From NCBI RefSeq assembly GCF_009914755.1, contig NC_060929.1: DNA of 64,000 bases, one strand, 5' to 3'. The translations under genes were made by a program, and so were the position numbers. The notes under the pieces were generated by a model. The model saw only the letters and a list, made by a program, of their open reading frames with translations, ran no database searches and was not told the DNA's origin. The stretch is from the human T2T-CHM13v2.0 reference genome, Homo sapiens. Shown piece by piece: positions 25,901-40,429 of the stretch; the first letter of the stretch is position 1; each line of letters begins with the position of its first letter.

Positions 25901-28587
25901 TTTTTAAATATAAGAGCAAAAGAAGATATAGCATACTGAGAGTCATGCAAATTCCACTGTAATTCTAGAGATTTGCTAGCCTTCACAATCAGGCGTATAT
26001 TTTTATTCTTCCTTTTGATACAGTGGTGTGTCTAATGACTATCTGGTTCAAACACCTAATTATTGGAGTTAAAACAGTGTGAATCAGACGCAATGGATCT
26101 AATATTTTCTCCATTTTTCCAACCATTTCTGTCTTGGCCCTGGGATATTATAGCATAGAGAAGTCACAGAAGAGAAAAGTGCTTTGCATTATACAATGCC
26201 CTAATTTCCCAGAATTTTCTGGAAAATGGCCTGGGTCTGACTTTATGCAAAGATCATAAGTACGGAGACAAGAGTATATTTGCTTTATGTACCTTCCCTG
26301 AAGGAGAAATCTTCATGTCCTAGATCTAAGTATGAGATATCAGACTTAGAAAGAATAATTTATACCTAATTACAGCCTCTGTGACTGAATTAGACCAAGT
26401 CAAAGGCCTGGTCTTTTATAGATCATAATAACAATGTCTCCTATTTCTTGAATCAAAGGTTGTAATAAATATTAAATTCTGTTTTTTGAGCTCTGTCCCA
26501 CAGATTATCCTGAGTAAGGTGCTATAAATGAGATTTTAGAAGCAGATTGTATGAGACCAAGATAAAGCAGCTTCAGGCTTAGGCTACTAACATCTCTTGT
26601 GCTTCCCATTTTTAAAAAAATCTAAGCCTTAACTAATCTATTACAAACTAATTCTGTGCTTCATTCAGTGTCCTCAACCTTCATACTTTCCTCCACTTGA
26701 CACCCTATTTTCAGATCAGAGAAACCCCTGTATAAAACAGAGGATGAGAAAATGAAGATGATTGAGACTAACAATTCCAAGTACATGATAATTCTTAGTA
26801 ATGTCTTACTAAGATAATTCATAGTAATTTCTTAATCCAGGGACTAGTTTGAGGGACCAAACTTAAAGGGGAATCCTAATGCTATTCCTCTCCTTTTCCT
26901 TTAACATGTATGTGAGTAATGTGTCACTGATATTCCTACCGTCCCCTCCTCCATCCACACCTTCAGTAGAGAAGTGGCTCCATGACTGTCATCAGGATTT
27001 CCATAAAACCCTCAGTTTTGGGGAACTGCAGTTGGATGTGGATGAGAACTGCAACTGGAAACTAGAACTGCACCTTTCTTCCCCAATGAAAAGGCTTTAG
27101 AAGACATCTCATTTAAATCTTTTCTCCAGTTTTGCTTCAATTAAAAGTTCATCAATGAAATGCTCAGTCTCACCTCTCCCAACACTGTCCCCAGAACTTT
27201 GTAAGTCTAACCATCAAGGCCAGGATCTTTTCAGATCATGCCTTCTCACAGGACCTTTACTGTAGTCAAGAATCATCTCACTGAAGACAGGCCACAGAGG
27301 AATAATAGAACCATTTGCTTTTATCATATACATTTTCATCTCTCCAAGATCCATTCCCACTCTAAATTTTCTTTGTGGCAAAATTTTACGATGCAGTCTT
27401 TACAGGGAGATTTTTTTTTTTCATTGAGCCACCTTTGAGTACCCTAGATGTGCTTAGAAGAAGTGTCAATAATCCAAAGCTTATTATCAGGGACCAGTCT
27501 TTGAGACAAGGCTTCATGTCTGTCTTAGAATTTGTAATCTGATTTGCGCTGACCCTTCTTTTTATGTCTCCCATATACATTTGGGCAGATGGACAAAGTT
27601 TACTGGGAAACACTTAGCCTGCCTTCTCTTAAAAGCTACAGGCGGAACTTCACTCATAGCTTGCCACACTGAGGGGAGCCCTTTGGTGACATCTAGTCAC
27701 CCTGTGCCTCCACTTTTATGTGGCGCAGTGAATGCTGTCTCTTCCTAGATCCATGTGAGTCTGGTCTTCATGACTAGAACAGATCATTGGGAATTGTCTT
27801 ATAAGATCAGATTATTATAAAAATAGCTTCTGTTGATGAGGTTGTGGAGGAACAGATACTCATAGGTTGCATGTGTGAACAAAAGTTGGTAGTGAGATAG
27901 GGGGGATGCAGGCAGAAGAGAGAAAGCGAGCGAGAGAGAGAGAGATTGCTGACATGTATATGCCAGATCTGTCTGCTCAGAGGGCCTGGTAGCAATGACA
28001 CAACAATATCCAGAGCATGAATTCTAAAGGTCATACTTCATTAAAAGAAAATAAATCAGGACTCATTGGACAAAATGGCTGATTCCAGATCTGTGGCAAT
28101 AAAGATAAAATGAGCCTGGAACATCTTGCTGTTGTAGAAAGTAAAGAAGTACTTAAAGAAAGATGGAAATACTTCAAAAGTCAAAGGAACCAGCTTGAAA
28201 GGAGTGGCATTCACAAAATCTGAAAGAGTTTGGGCATCAAAAGATTAATAATAGTAGTGGAATGTAATTCATATAATAAAATTAGAATCCATGATTCCAT
28301 TCTTTTATAAATAAATAAAATGAAATAAACAGGGAGGAAAGCTTTTTCTTACAGCAGAATGCCAACTCATAACTATAAAAGGAATGATCCATCATTTGGG
28401 AAATCAGCATTTAGCAAACATCATAGTAATATTCTAAGGATGAATCATCAATGCTAAAACTAATGGGTAAATGTTTGATGAGGAAGAGGATATTTATGGA
28501 GTGTCAGACTATATCTCTACAAGGTCCCCCTCCCATTCTTTACAAGGGGAAAAGGAATAACTTTACAGTGAAGAAACCTAGTTGGTA

Positions 28588-30874
28588 CCAGAATTCCCCC
28601 TTATCCTTAGTTTTGCTTCACACAGTTTCTATTACTTGCAATCAATTGCAGTTTAAAAATATCAAGTTAGAAATTACAGAAATAAATAATTCCTAAGTTT
28701 TAAATTGTGCACCATTCTGAGTGCGATGATGAAATCTCTCATGTTCCTACTCTGTTCCACCTGAGACATGAATCATCCCTTTGTCCAGCATGTTCACGCT
28801 GTATACACTACCTGCCTGTTAGTAACATAGTAGCTCTCTCAGTTATTAGATCAACTGTGACGGTATTGCAGTCTTTGTGTTCAAGTAACTTATTCTACTT
28901 AAGCGATTAAACGTAGTGAGCAAGGCATGTCAAAAGCCAAGATAGACTTAAAGCTAGTTCTCTTATGCCAAACAGTTAGCCAAGTTGTGAATTCAAAGGA
29001 AAAGTGCTTGAGGAAAATTCAAATGATAAGAAAGTGAAACAGCCTTATTACTGTTATGTTATTATGAAGAAAGTTTGAGTGGTCTGGATAGAAGATAAAA
29101 CCAGCCACAATATTCCCTTAAGCCAAAGCCTAATCTAGAGTAAGGCCCTAACTGTCTTCAATTCTACAAGGCTGAAAGAGGTGAGAAAGCTACAGAAGAA
29201 AAGTTGGAAGCTAGCAGAAGTTAGTTCATGAGGTTTAAGGAAAGAAGCCATCTCCATAACAGAAAAGTGCAAAGTGAAACAGCAAGGGCTTATGTAGAAG
29301 CTGCAGGAAACCACTCAGAAGATCTAACTAGCTAAGATCATTGATGAAGGTGGCCATATTATACTACAGATTTTCATTGCAGACAAAAGAGCCTTCTATT
29401 AGAAGAAGTTACCATCTAGAACATCCTAAAGAGGAAAAGTCAGTGCCTGGCTTCCAAGCTTCAGAGGACAAACTGACTTGTTAGGGGACAGCAGCTGTGA
29501 CCTGAAATTGAAGCCAGGGTTCATTTACCACTCTGAAAATGCTGGAGCACTTAAAGAATGATGCCAAATCTACTCTGCCTATGCTCTGCAAATGAAACAA
29601 CAAAGCCTGAATGACAGCACTTCTGTCTACAGCATGGTTTATTGAATATTTTAAACTCAATATTGAGAATTACTGCTCAAAAAAGTGATCCCTTTCAAAA
29701 TATTTCTACTCACTAATAAGGTACCCAGTTACCCAAGAGCTCTGATGAAGATGTACAAGGAGATTAACGTTGTTTTTCATGATTGTTAACATAATGTTCA
29801 TTTTCAACCTATGGTTCAGGGAGTCATTTTGACTTTCAAGTCTTATTATTTAATTCATTTCACAAGGCTATAGCTATCATAGATAGTGATTCTTGGGAAG
29901 GATCTGTGTAAAGTGAAAGTCTCCTGGAAAGGATTCATTATTCTGGATGCCATGAAGATCATTCGACATTCATGGAAGGAAGTCAAAAGATCAACATTAG
30001 TAGGAGTTTTGAAGAACTTGATTCTACCCTTATGAATGATTTTGAGGATTCAAGACTTCAATGGAGGAAATAACTGCAGTTATGGTGGAAATAGCAAGAG
30101 CACTGGAATTAGAAGTAGACTCTGAAGATGTGCCTGTATTCCTGCTATCTCATGATACAACTTTCACAGATGAGGACGAGGAGTTGCATCTTATCGATGA
30201 CCAAAGAAAAGTGGTTTCTTGAAATGAAAACTACCCCTGGTGAAGATGCTGTGAACCTTGTTGAAATAGCAGCAAGGCATTTATAGTATTACATCAATTT
30301 AGTTGATAAAGCAGTGGCAGGGTTTGAGAGGATTGGCTACAATTTTGAAAGAAGTTCCATTGTGAGTAAAATGCTTTCAAACAACATTGGTGGCTATAAA
30401 GAAATCTTTCATAAAAGGAAGAGTCAATTGTTGTGGCAGACTCCACTGTTGTCTTACTTTAAAATATTGCCACACCACTCCAGCCTTCAACAACTCCCAC
30501 CCTGGTCAGTCAGCAGCATCAGTATCGAGGCAAGCAAACAATTATGACTTCCTGAATGCTCAGATGATCATTAGCATTTTTTAGCAACAAAATATTTTAA
30601 ATTAAGCTATGCGCATTGTTTTTTTAAGGCATAATGCTATTGCACACTTAATAGACTGCAGTACAATGTAAACATAACTTTTATACGCACTGGGAAACAA
30701 AAAAAATTCCTGTGACTTGCTTTATTCTGATATTCACTTTATTGTGGTCTGGACCAAACCTGTAACTTCACTAAAGTATGCCCATATATAGGGTTCAGTA
30801 CTTTCTGCAGCATTAGGCATCCACTGAGGCTGTTGGAACATATCCCCCAGATTAGGGGATAGAGGGGGCTACTG
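28588..30874 (+). mobile_element. Tigger2-family DNA transposon ends (~28588-28902 and ~30785-30874) enclosing Tigger1
   Basis: Left end cagaattcccccttatcc and right end ggatagagggggctactg followed by TA form degenerate TIRs; internal text matches Tigger2/MER8 as recalled. Confidence 0.8.
28903..30784 (+). mobile_element. Tigger1 (pogo-like) transposon, 5' truncated, decayed transposase
   Basis: gtggtctggatagaagataaaaccagccacaatattcccttaagccaaagcctaatctagag (VVWIEDKTSHNIPLSQSLI) and a Tigger1-like 3' terminus ...aagtatgccca-ta; many stops and frameshifts. Confidence 0.92.
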
Positions 30875-30949
30875 TATCTCTCTAATCAAGTGATCAAAGT
30901 TAACATCACCAAGAGTAGAATGAACAGACATCCTATATCTCTCTCTCTC

Positions 30950-31278
30950 TTTGTTTTTTTGTTTTTGTTTGTTTGTTTGTTTGTTTGTTTTGACAGAATC
31001 TAACTCTGTCGCCCAGGCTGGAGTGCAGTGGCATGAACTTGGCTCACTGCAATCTCTGCCTCCTGGGTTCAAGTGATAAGTGATTTTCCTGCCTTAGCCT
31101 CCTGAGTAGCTGGGACTACAGGTGCATGCCACCACACTAGGCTAATTTTTGTATTTTTAGTAAAGACGGGGTCTCCCCATGTTGGCCCGGATGGCCTTGA
31201 ACTCCCGACCTCAGGTGATCTGCCTGCCTCAGCCTCCCAAAGTGCTGGGATTACAGGCGTGAGCCACCACGCCTGGCC
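30950..31278 (-). mobile_element. Alu (AluS-like) with (TTTG)n tail
   Basis: Standard antisense Alu dimer. Confidence 0.96.
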
Positions 31279-33337
31279 CTGTGTCTCCTTAACATCATGC
31301 ACTCAAAAGGACACAGCATCACTTCTGAGGTATTTCTACCAAAATGCATAATCTGATTCTAATCAGATAAAATAAAAGTTTTGTTTCTGTAATTGGTTAA
31401 CTCCCCCAAGAGGATAAAGCCAACCAATAAATGACTGAATAAAGAAAATGCACACAGTTAAGAGTAAATAAGTAAAGCAGACACTAGAAGAGATAGGAGA
31501 TGAGATGTATGTTTTCTCCCTTTGACTCTGCAGGTCCTTCTTCATGGTTCATATGTGACAGGAGTACTCAGCTGAGTTTTTGAATGCCTGGGGTATCATC
31601 TTAGCCCTGGCCCTGGTCCAGCAACAATTTGCATTGTTGACCAAATTTTGATGTAATTATTTTCAGTAAAGTATAGTTCAAATGTCTTGTAGAGCCTACT
31701 TACATAAAAGAATTTAAAAAGAGCCAAACTCTGCATTTTCCATCCTCTTATAAATCTTACTGCATTGGCACTGATATAATTTTTAGACCAGTCCATGCTA
31801 AAAGGAGCATTCTTCAAGTATAGTGCAGTAAAGAGCATTTAGAATATGTTGTCTGAAATGGAGAAGAGTTTCCTACAAATAAGCACATAGGAAGAAAAAT
31901 CCCAGTGAAAATGGCAGGGAGAGCAGGACTAACCAGTAGGTCAAGGCAAGCAAACACGGTGGGAACAAGTTAAAGGTAGGGGCAGATTGCAGGATCCAGG
32001 TTCTGCAATACCATCCAGACAACATTATGCAAATCTTTAAAAAGAAGCCTTTTAGTCAAAGTCTCCCATTGATATTTAAAGTAATCTCAAAGGCCTGAGA
32101 ACCAGTATTTTTGACAAAAAGAAAATTCTCATATGCTTTAGTATAGATGCATCATCCCTGGTTTAAGCACTGAAAATTGGTAATTTTGTATTTACGTAAT
32201 GGCTTTAGAAATACTAGATTTTATATCAAAGACTAGATTGATTTATGATATAACATAAATAGTAACATAAAAGAGGTAACTTAAATAGCTCCCTCTTGTT
32301 CTAATGAAATATATTTTCCGTTGACTACAGTCTGAGAGACATAGCAACAAGGAATGCAAACTCCTTTGATTCCATATGGTGAAATGAAAACCTTGGCTCA
32401 TCCATCATTCTTTACCAGTTGCTTTGAGCAAATAAATGCAGAGTTCTATCCTAGGAGAAGTGACTCCAGTTTTCCTCGATTATCAATTCAAAATCCTCTT
32501 GTGTGTAGCAAGGAGGACATACCCATTTAAATTAAGTTGATCTGGGAGACCAATGTACATGTCTTAAACTTGGTCTGCCTGGGACAGCAGATACATCCAG
32601 CCACAACTACTGAAAAAACAGCAAGATAAACAGGTAAAGATAAGGATTTAGAAGCGGCATCAAGTGCATGCCTAAATGAACCTGGGACTTGGCAGTGAGA
32701 ATTACAGACCTTAGCTGAGATGAAGGGAAGGGAACACTAAAAATAGCCTTGACCTTGATGTGAGTATGATGTGAGCCCGGGAAATCCTACCTGAATGCGT
32801 CTTTGTTTTACTGTGGCCCTTACCTTACATTTTCTGGCCAATGTTGTCCTTGATGGCCCTATATATGTGCTTTTCATTCTCTTACACATAAAGTGATCTC
32901 TTCAAGTTCAGGGGGAGCAACTGATCCTAGGAATCCTTACGTATCCAAAGGCAATTGCTGATGATTGTCCTGGGGATGTTTAACCGGTTCCTATAAGGTG
33001 GAGGCATCATGCCGAAGAAACTTAAGTGTATACCCCTCTCTACTTTTTCATTTCCAAGGGGAATTAGACAGCTTGGGATTTCATGGATGTCCAAGGGTAG
33101 ACATCAGAAGTCAGGAAGGACAGAGGCTGATGTTTCTATTGATGCTCAATTTTCTGTTTTCCTTTTCAAAGAAAGAAAAAGGAGTGGTCCCTAAAATTCT
33201 CTTATTCTGGTTAGCTGGTGTCAAGGCCATAGTGGGCATCATAAACACCACCAGGTCTTCCTGCCTAGGTCTTCTATGTTCTAAGAGTAACTTTGTGTTG
33301 GGCAATACAGGGCTGTCCAGGTTACATGGGTCATAGT

Positions 33338-33448
33338 GGAAAGGGCAGTGTTATCTGCTGGGTAAACTTCACCCCATCTAGGTAAATTTACAGGAAAGGG
33401 CAGAGTTATCTGCTGGGTAAAACTTCACCCTTTCTAGGTAAATTCACA
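33338..33448. repeat. Tandem duplication, 55-bp unit x2
   Basis: ggaaagggcag(t/a)gttatctgctgggtaaa(a)cttcaccc..tctaggtaaatt(t/c)aca occurs twice. Confidence 0.95.
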
Positions 33449-34934
33449 ATTTCCTCTCTTGAGACCAAAACGTAGACCTTCCCACTGCTAAACTAATTCT
33501 GCCATAGTGGCAAACTCTTCCTTAACTTTTTGCCTCCCACCTGAAACTGATCCCCAGATAATGCTATCTCAAGAAAGCAAGTGCTGCTCAGGGGTTTGGA
33601 GGCCTAACTCTCTGTCCTAGCCTGGCTTGGTGACACTCCAAGGGAGTATTTCACACATGTTCCTTAGAAGATGTTGAATTATTTCTCTTTTATCATTCAT
33701 AACTTAATGTCATTGATACAAGTCTGTCTCCAGTATGTTTAATTGAAAGTACTTTACATCAGGTAAGTAACTTCTGGCCTTTGACTCTGAATGTTTGAGA
33801 GAAAAATTCTATCTAGATTTATAAAACTATCACTTGATAAGCCTCCTCCTTCCTAGTCAGATGGGTGAAATACTTATGTTAGTTCTTAAAGACACAATCT
33901 GTAGAGATGTGCTTCCCTCTCTTGCAATAGAACTGTAGCTTTACGTGGTAAGACTCGATAGGGAAAAGCAGGACTTACGCAGAGAAGTAACTGCATATGT
34001 TACACTGGGGCAGTCTTTGGAAGTGTGTTGGGAATAGAGATGTGAAATGAATGAGAACTGTACCACAGGAATGATATCTTTGAGAACAATATCTTCCTTG
34101 AAGATGACTTGCCCCAGTGCTTAAGCTTGCTTCCCCATGCCTTACGTGTTCCTCTGTTCCGGCCCTTGAGAAGCTCTGTTATATCACCATTCTATGGTAT
34201 AAGCAGGAGATGCCAATAGACATCAGTTCCCAGTACCACATCCTTGCCTCTGTTGATGGCTGTGCTTTCTTTTTTAATGGGCAGTGGCCCTTTCTCCCAT
34301 TCCACTGTATGTAGAATTTTATCTGTTGAACATAAGGAGCAGTTCATCCAGGGATCCCCTATGATTGGGACATTTTGCTGAGTTATGCTTATGATCAGCA
34401 GTAGTCCCATAGAGGAGGCTGCTGCAGGGTTGAATATCTTGGCACTCTATGCCTTTGGAGTCACAAAGGACAACCCATTAGCAGTAACAGCCAGGGTTAG
34501 GGAGTCTCTGGATGAGGAGAAGGCATCATTGGCATTCTTCTTCCTTCTCCAGACTTAGCATCCCCTCTTTGTACTATCTCACAGTTCCACCACATTCTTT
34601 AATTTTTCAACCTTTTTTTTCTTTCCTTAAGAGGATTCTGATTCAGCAGAGCAAAGAAGGGGAGTGGTGCTCCTTTTCTAGGATCCGTCAACACAGTAGC
34701 TTCATCTTCAGATAGGATTCTGACCCCTCACCCTCAGCTTGGACCAATAACTTGCCTAACCATCCCCTTCAGAGCTTCCCAGATTTGTATTTAAGTACCT
34801 ATCCCTGGTACTTAAATTCCCAGATAACTAAATGATATGTGATAATTCCAAGTTAATTGAATTACATTTGAATTGCAGTTCTATAGACTTTGGAACTTCT
34901 ATTCTTTCCATGGCAGGGGAATGTGCACAGATAA

Positions 34935-35286
34935 TGATATGGTTTGGCTGTGTCCTCACCGAAACCAAATTGAATTGTATCTCACAGAATTCCCACGTGT
35001 TGTGGGAGGGACTCAGGGGAAGGTAATTGAATCACGGGGGCCAGTATTTCCTGTGCTATTCTCATGATAGTGAATAAGTCTCACAAGATCTGATGGGTTT
35101 ACCAGAGGTTTCCACTTTTCTTCTTCCTCATTTTTCTCTTGCCACTGGCATGTAAGAAGGGCCTTTCACCTCCTGCCATGATTCTGAGGCCTCCCTAGCC
35201 ATGTGGAACTGTAAATCCAATTAAACCTCTTTTTCTTCCCAGTCTTCTGTATGTTTTTGTCAGCAGTCTGAAAACAGACTAATACA
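34935..35286 (+). mobile_element. THE1A/B solo LTR (MaLR)
   Basis: tgatatggtttggctgtgtcc ... aacagactaataca; TSD gataa/gatca. Confidence 0.92.
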
Positions 35287-36168
35287 GATCATGCTTATAA
35301 TGTCTGGTAAACTAAGTTTTAGTTGTAGATTCAGATGTTGGGATAATGGGACTACATTGTCAGTGACCTTGACCATGGGAGGGAGATACTGAACTATGTC
35401 TCTCTGGGAATGGAGCCATAATACAGGGAGGGAGAATGAGTAGAAAAAAAGGTGCAAAATACTCTAGAATAATAGAGGTCTCATTAGAGAGTAGGGGAGG
35501 GAGAATGAGAAAGTGAATGAGAGAGAGAGAAAGAGAGATGTTAGAGAAGAGGGACAAAAGAAGAGAATAGATAGAAACATCCAATCCCTTATAGCAGTCA
35601 GACAGCCTCACTTCTATTGATTCTTTTTTTCTTAAACCATTTAATTTCATAAGCAAATAATTTGCATACTTCAGTTTACATAATTATTTTAATTCTTTGG
35701 ACAAGCTTATATTCATTATTTCACTTTTAAGGACACTTACCCTGAAGGGTAATTTTAACTTGCCTAAGATCACATGACTGCTTTTTCATTGTGAATCACT
35801 GTTTCTCTGGGTGAGATGGTCAGCCCAATTTCCCAAACAATATTCCAGTCTAGCGTGGAAAATTGTGACTAGAAAGAGCAAACAACCTTGGAAAATAGTT
35901 TTATTACACATTATATAAATGAGAGATTCATATCTATGTCAGTTAGTGCCAAGCCCAGAAATCAGAGGTCATTCTAAATATTTCAAGCAAAGAGGGATTT
36001 AATGCAGACAATTGGTTACAGTGCTCTTAGAAACACAGAAAGAACACAAAAAAGAAGAGTGTTATAAAGACACTGGAAGCTGCGATTGAACCTGGACTGA
36101 AGCCTAGCTGCCCTTGCCCTCTGTCTGCTGGAGGTGCTGCCATTGATGCTGAAACTGCATCCGGGCAA

Positions 36169-36390
36169 CTGAGCAGGAAAGTTAGGAGTTTATCTTCCTG
36201 CTGCTGCGGCTGAATGCATGACTGCTGCTTTTACAGCTGGATCCACACCACTGCAGCTGAGCAGGAAATGCAGGAGTTTATGATCCTGCTGTTGCTGCTG
36301 AATGCATTGCTGCTACTTCTTCAGTTGGATTCATACCATTGCAGCTGAGCAGAAAGTCAGGAGATTACACTTCTACTGATGTTGCTGCCA
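36169..36390. repeat. Diverged 88-bp tandem repeat, ~2.5 copies, inside a probable old ERVL-type LTR (~35935-36580)
   Basis: ctgagcag(g)aaa recurs at 36169, 36257 and 36345, with shared ggagtttat..tcctgctg..gc.gctgaatgcat. Confidence 0.85.
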
Positions 36391-36959
36391 CATCTTGATG
36401 TACCATTAATAATAGAAAATAAAATGGTTTCCCTCTTCTTTTATACTATATTCTCTCAGACTCCACTGTCAATGAAACCTGGAAAAAATGGTTTTCAGGC
36501 TCCCATTTCTGCCAGTTATTCAGAAAAGAGCATTACAGAGTAGGGGTAGAGCTGGCAATTAATAGACATAGAGTCAACATAGTTCACCTGCTGCTTATAC
36601 AGTGTCCATTTGCCTCCCTTGTACCCTTATTTAAATTTCATTCAACAACAATCACAACAATATGGTGCTTTTACCTAACATAATTAACAATTTTGCATAC
36701 AAACAGAAAAGCTGTCACTCTGGATATTCTGTAATTTAAACACTAAATTGCACAATAGCCATCATCCCACTTTATATGTAAAATAGGATAAGAAAGGGAA
36801 AGACGAAAAAGGAAACAGCTGATTAACATACACAAATATTGCATAACAGACGAGGAATAAATCATGTGTAACTGCAGTCATCATTTCTATGACTGGTTGT
36901 TAACAGATCATCAGCTTCTGGTGATAGTTGCAATTTCCTCTTCTGCTTTTCTATGCTTC

Positions 36960-37261
36960 CTTTTTTTTTTTTTTTTAACGATAGAGTCTCACTCTGTGGC
37001 CCAGGCTAGAGTGCAGTGGTGTGAACAACACAGCTCACTGTAACCGCAACCTGCTGGTTTCAAGCGATCCTCCCCCCCAGTCCCTCGAGTTGCTGACACC
37101 ACAAGCATGCACCACCATGCCTGGCTATATTTTTAAATTTCTGTAGAGACAGGGGTCTTGCCATGTTGCCCAGGCTTGTCTTGAACTCATGTGTTCAAGC
37201 CATCTTCCTGCCTTGGCCTCCCAATGTCTGGGATTACAGGCATGAGTCAATGCACCCAGCC
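36960..37261 (-). mobile_element. Alu (AluJ-like)
   Basis: Poly-T then gagtctcactctgtggcccaggctagagtgcagtgg. Confidence 0.95.
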
Positions 37262-37823
37262 TCATGTTTCCTTTAATCTCAAGCAGGTCCTCCTCAGGTT
37301 GATATTATTTACTTAGTGGTGTAATTCAAACTTTAGTTCTTGAAGAGTCTGAGCCCCTAGTAGTCCTTTTGGTTGAGTTGCTATAGTTTTACATTAACTT
37401 TTATTACTGGAAGCACTTCAGAGAATCTCTTGGGTTCTATATGTTGTCAACATGTCCCATTGTGGAGAACATTGTATTTTCCCTTAATAGAGATCAGTTA
37501 CCTCACCTTGGCTGTTGCTTCAGTGACATGAGGATTCCTCAAAAGGCCAGGTGATGGTCTTATCTTTTAGATCGATGAAACCATCATGTCATGTGGTAGA
37601 AGTGCTCTCCTTTCAGAATTAAGACCTTAAAAGAAGCAGAGTTTAAATTTATAGGGCCAGGAAATTGAAATTTTTCAAGCTGGTCATTGAGTATACTTCT
37701 AACCCCTGATTCCTGTAACTGTGAAATCTGGCAATTATTAAAAAAAATAGCATCATATTTTGACTGGTGGTTCAAAGAATATACCACATTCTTTGGGACA
37801 GCATCACATCTTTGAAGGATGTC

Positions 37824-38050
37824 TTTGTTTGTTTATTTGTTTGTTTGTTTTGAGATAGGGTCTTGCCCTGTCACCCAGGCTGGAGTGCAGTGGAACACAC
37901 ATGGCTCACTGTAGCCTCAACCTCCTGGGTTAAAGTGATCCTCTCGCCCAGCCTCCCAAGTAGTTGGGGCTACAGGCATGCACCACCATGCCCGACTATG
38001 TTTTTTCATTTTTGTAGAGACAGGGGCCCCACTATGTTTTCCAGGCTGGT
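37824..38050 (-). mobile_element. Alu (AluJ-like, truncated)
   Basis: (TTTG)n tail and right monomer; ends at ccaggctggt. Confidence 0.93.
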
Positions 38051-38226
38051 TGGGGGATGTTTTCGGTCAGAAAGTAGTATGACTACATCTTCAGTAGGCC
38101 ATTCTAATGCTCCGCAGAGCTGAGTGTTTCTGGATAATGGAGCACATGGCAAGATCAGTAAATTTAATGAGTGTCAGCCCATTGACCCACTTTATTTTCT
38201 ATGGAATACATTCATTGGTCACTAGC

Positions 38227-39040
<814 letters not shown>

Positions 39041-39987
39041 AGCATCAATGTTCTGTGGAATATGAAGATTCCAAATAAGTCCTTTGCAAGAGTATCTGTG
39101 AAGGCACTGTGTGCAGGAAAGGGGAAATCCATTTTCAAAATAACTATGTTTTTTAGTGATGATAAGTTACTTATCCTACCATTAGGAAAGGGGTCTAGTA
39201 AAATCAACCTAACACCAAGTAGCTGCCTAGTCCCCTGAGGAATGATGCTACTATTAGTAGAAGGACTCAGCATCAGCTATGGTCAGGTGGATATTCAGCA
39301 GTGGTGGTAGCCAGGTCAGCCCTGGTGAAATCCATGTTGTTGAGCCAATGCATAGCTTTCATCCCTACTGCCATGAACATTTTTAACCTCATCAGATTGA
39401 GTGACTGCTAGAGTGCTTGGGGAAAGAGACTGGCTGACATCTGCAGAGCATAGCATTTTCCATGTGATTACTGAGAACATCCTCTTCAGTGGGTACTCTT
39501 GAGTGAGTATTCACATGGAACACAAATATCCTTATATCCTATACTCATTCTGAGAAAGTTGATATACTTTCTCCCCAGATCTCCTTGTTACTAAATCTTC
39601 AGTTGTGTTCTTTCCAAGTGTCTGATGATCTGGCTAGCCCATGAAGTAGTATATATTAGTAACTTGAGCCAACTCTATCCAGAAAAAATTACAAAAAACA
39701 ATCAAACTTCTAGAAGATATTCTAAAGGGGAGGCTCTCTTTTCTTCATTTTATAACACAAAAGCTTTTAATAGGGCTGTAATTCTGCATCATGCATTTCT
39801 AGCCTTACACCAGCACAATATGCAAAGCCATTTGTAATCACAACCCATTTATTTTTTTCTCTGTCAACTGAAATTAAAGAATTTCAGGTGAGGCCACAGG
39901 TGTATGCTTGAGGGAGGAGCATCAGAGCAAGAGGAGTAGGTGCTGTTGGAGTCCCAGCCATCTGCTCAGGTAGCATCCACTGCTTCA

Positions 39988-40400
<413 letters not shown>

Positions 40401-40429
40401 GTAATGTGAAACCTTTTCTAGGGAGATTA

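Larger units (their letters stand above)
28040..31365 (+). mobile_element. Old L1MC-type 3' fragment split by a Tigger composite and an Alu
   Basis: aataactttacagtgaagaaacct [insert] aatcaagtgatcaaagttaacatcacc [Alu] ggacacagcatcacttctg...tgcataatctgattctaatc joins into a continuous L1MC-like 3' UTR. Confidence 0.65.

Noticed and set aside
34789-34817. 11-bp-arm hairpin atttaagtacc/ggtacttaaat
   Set aside because: Real but short, AT-rich and intergenic, with no supporting context for function.
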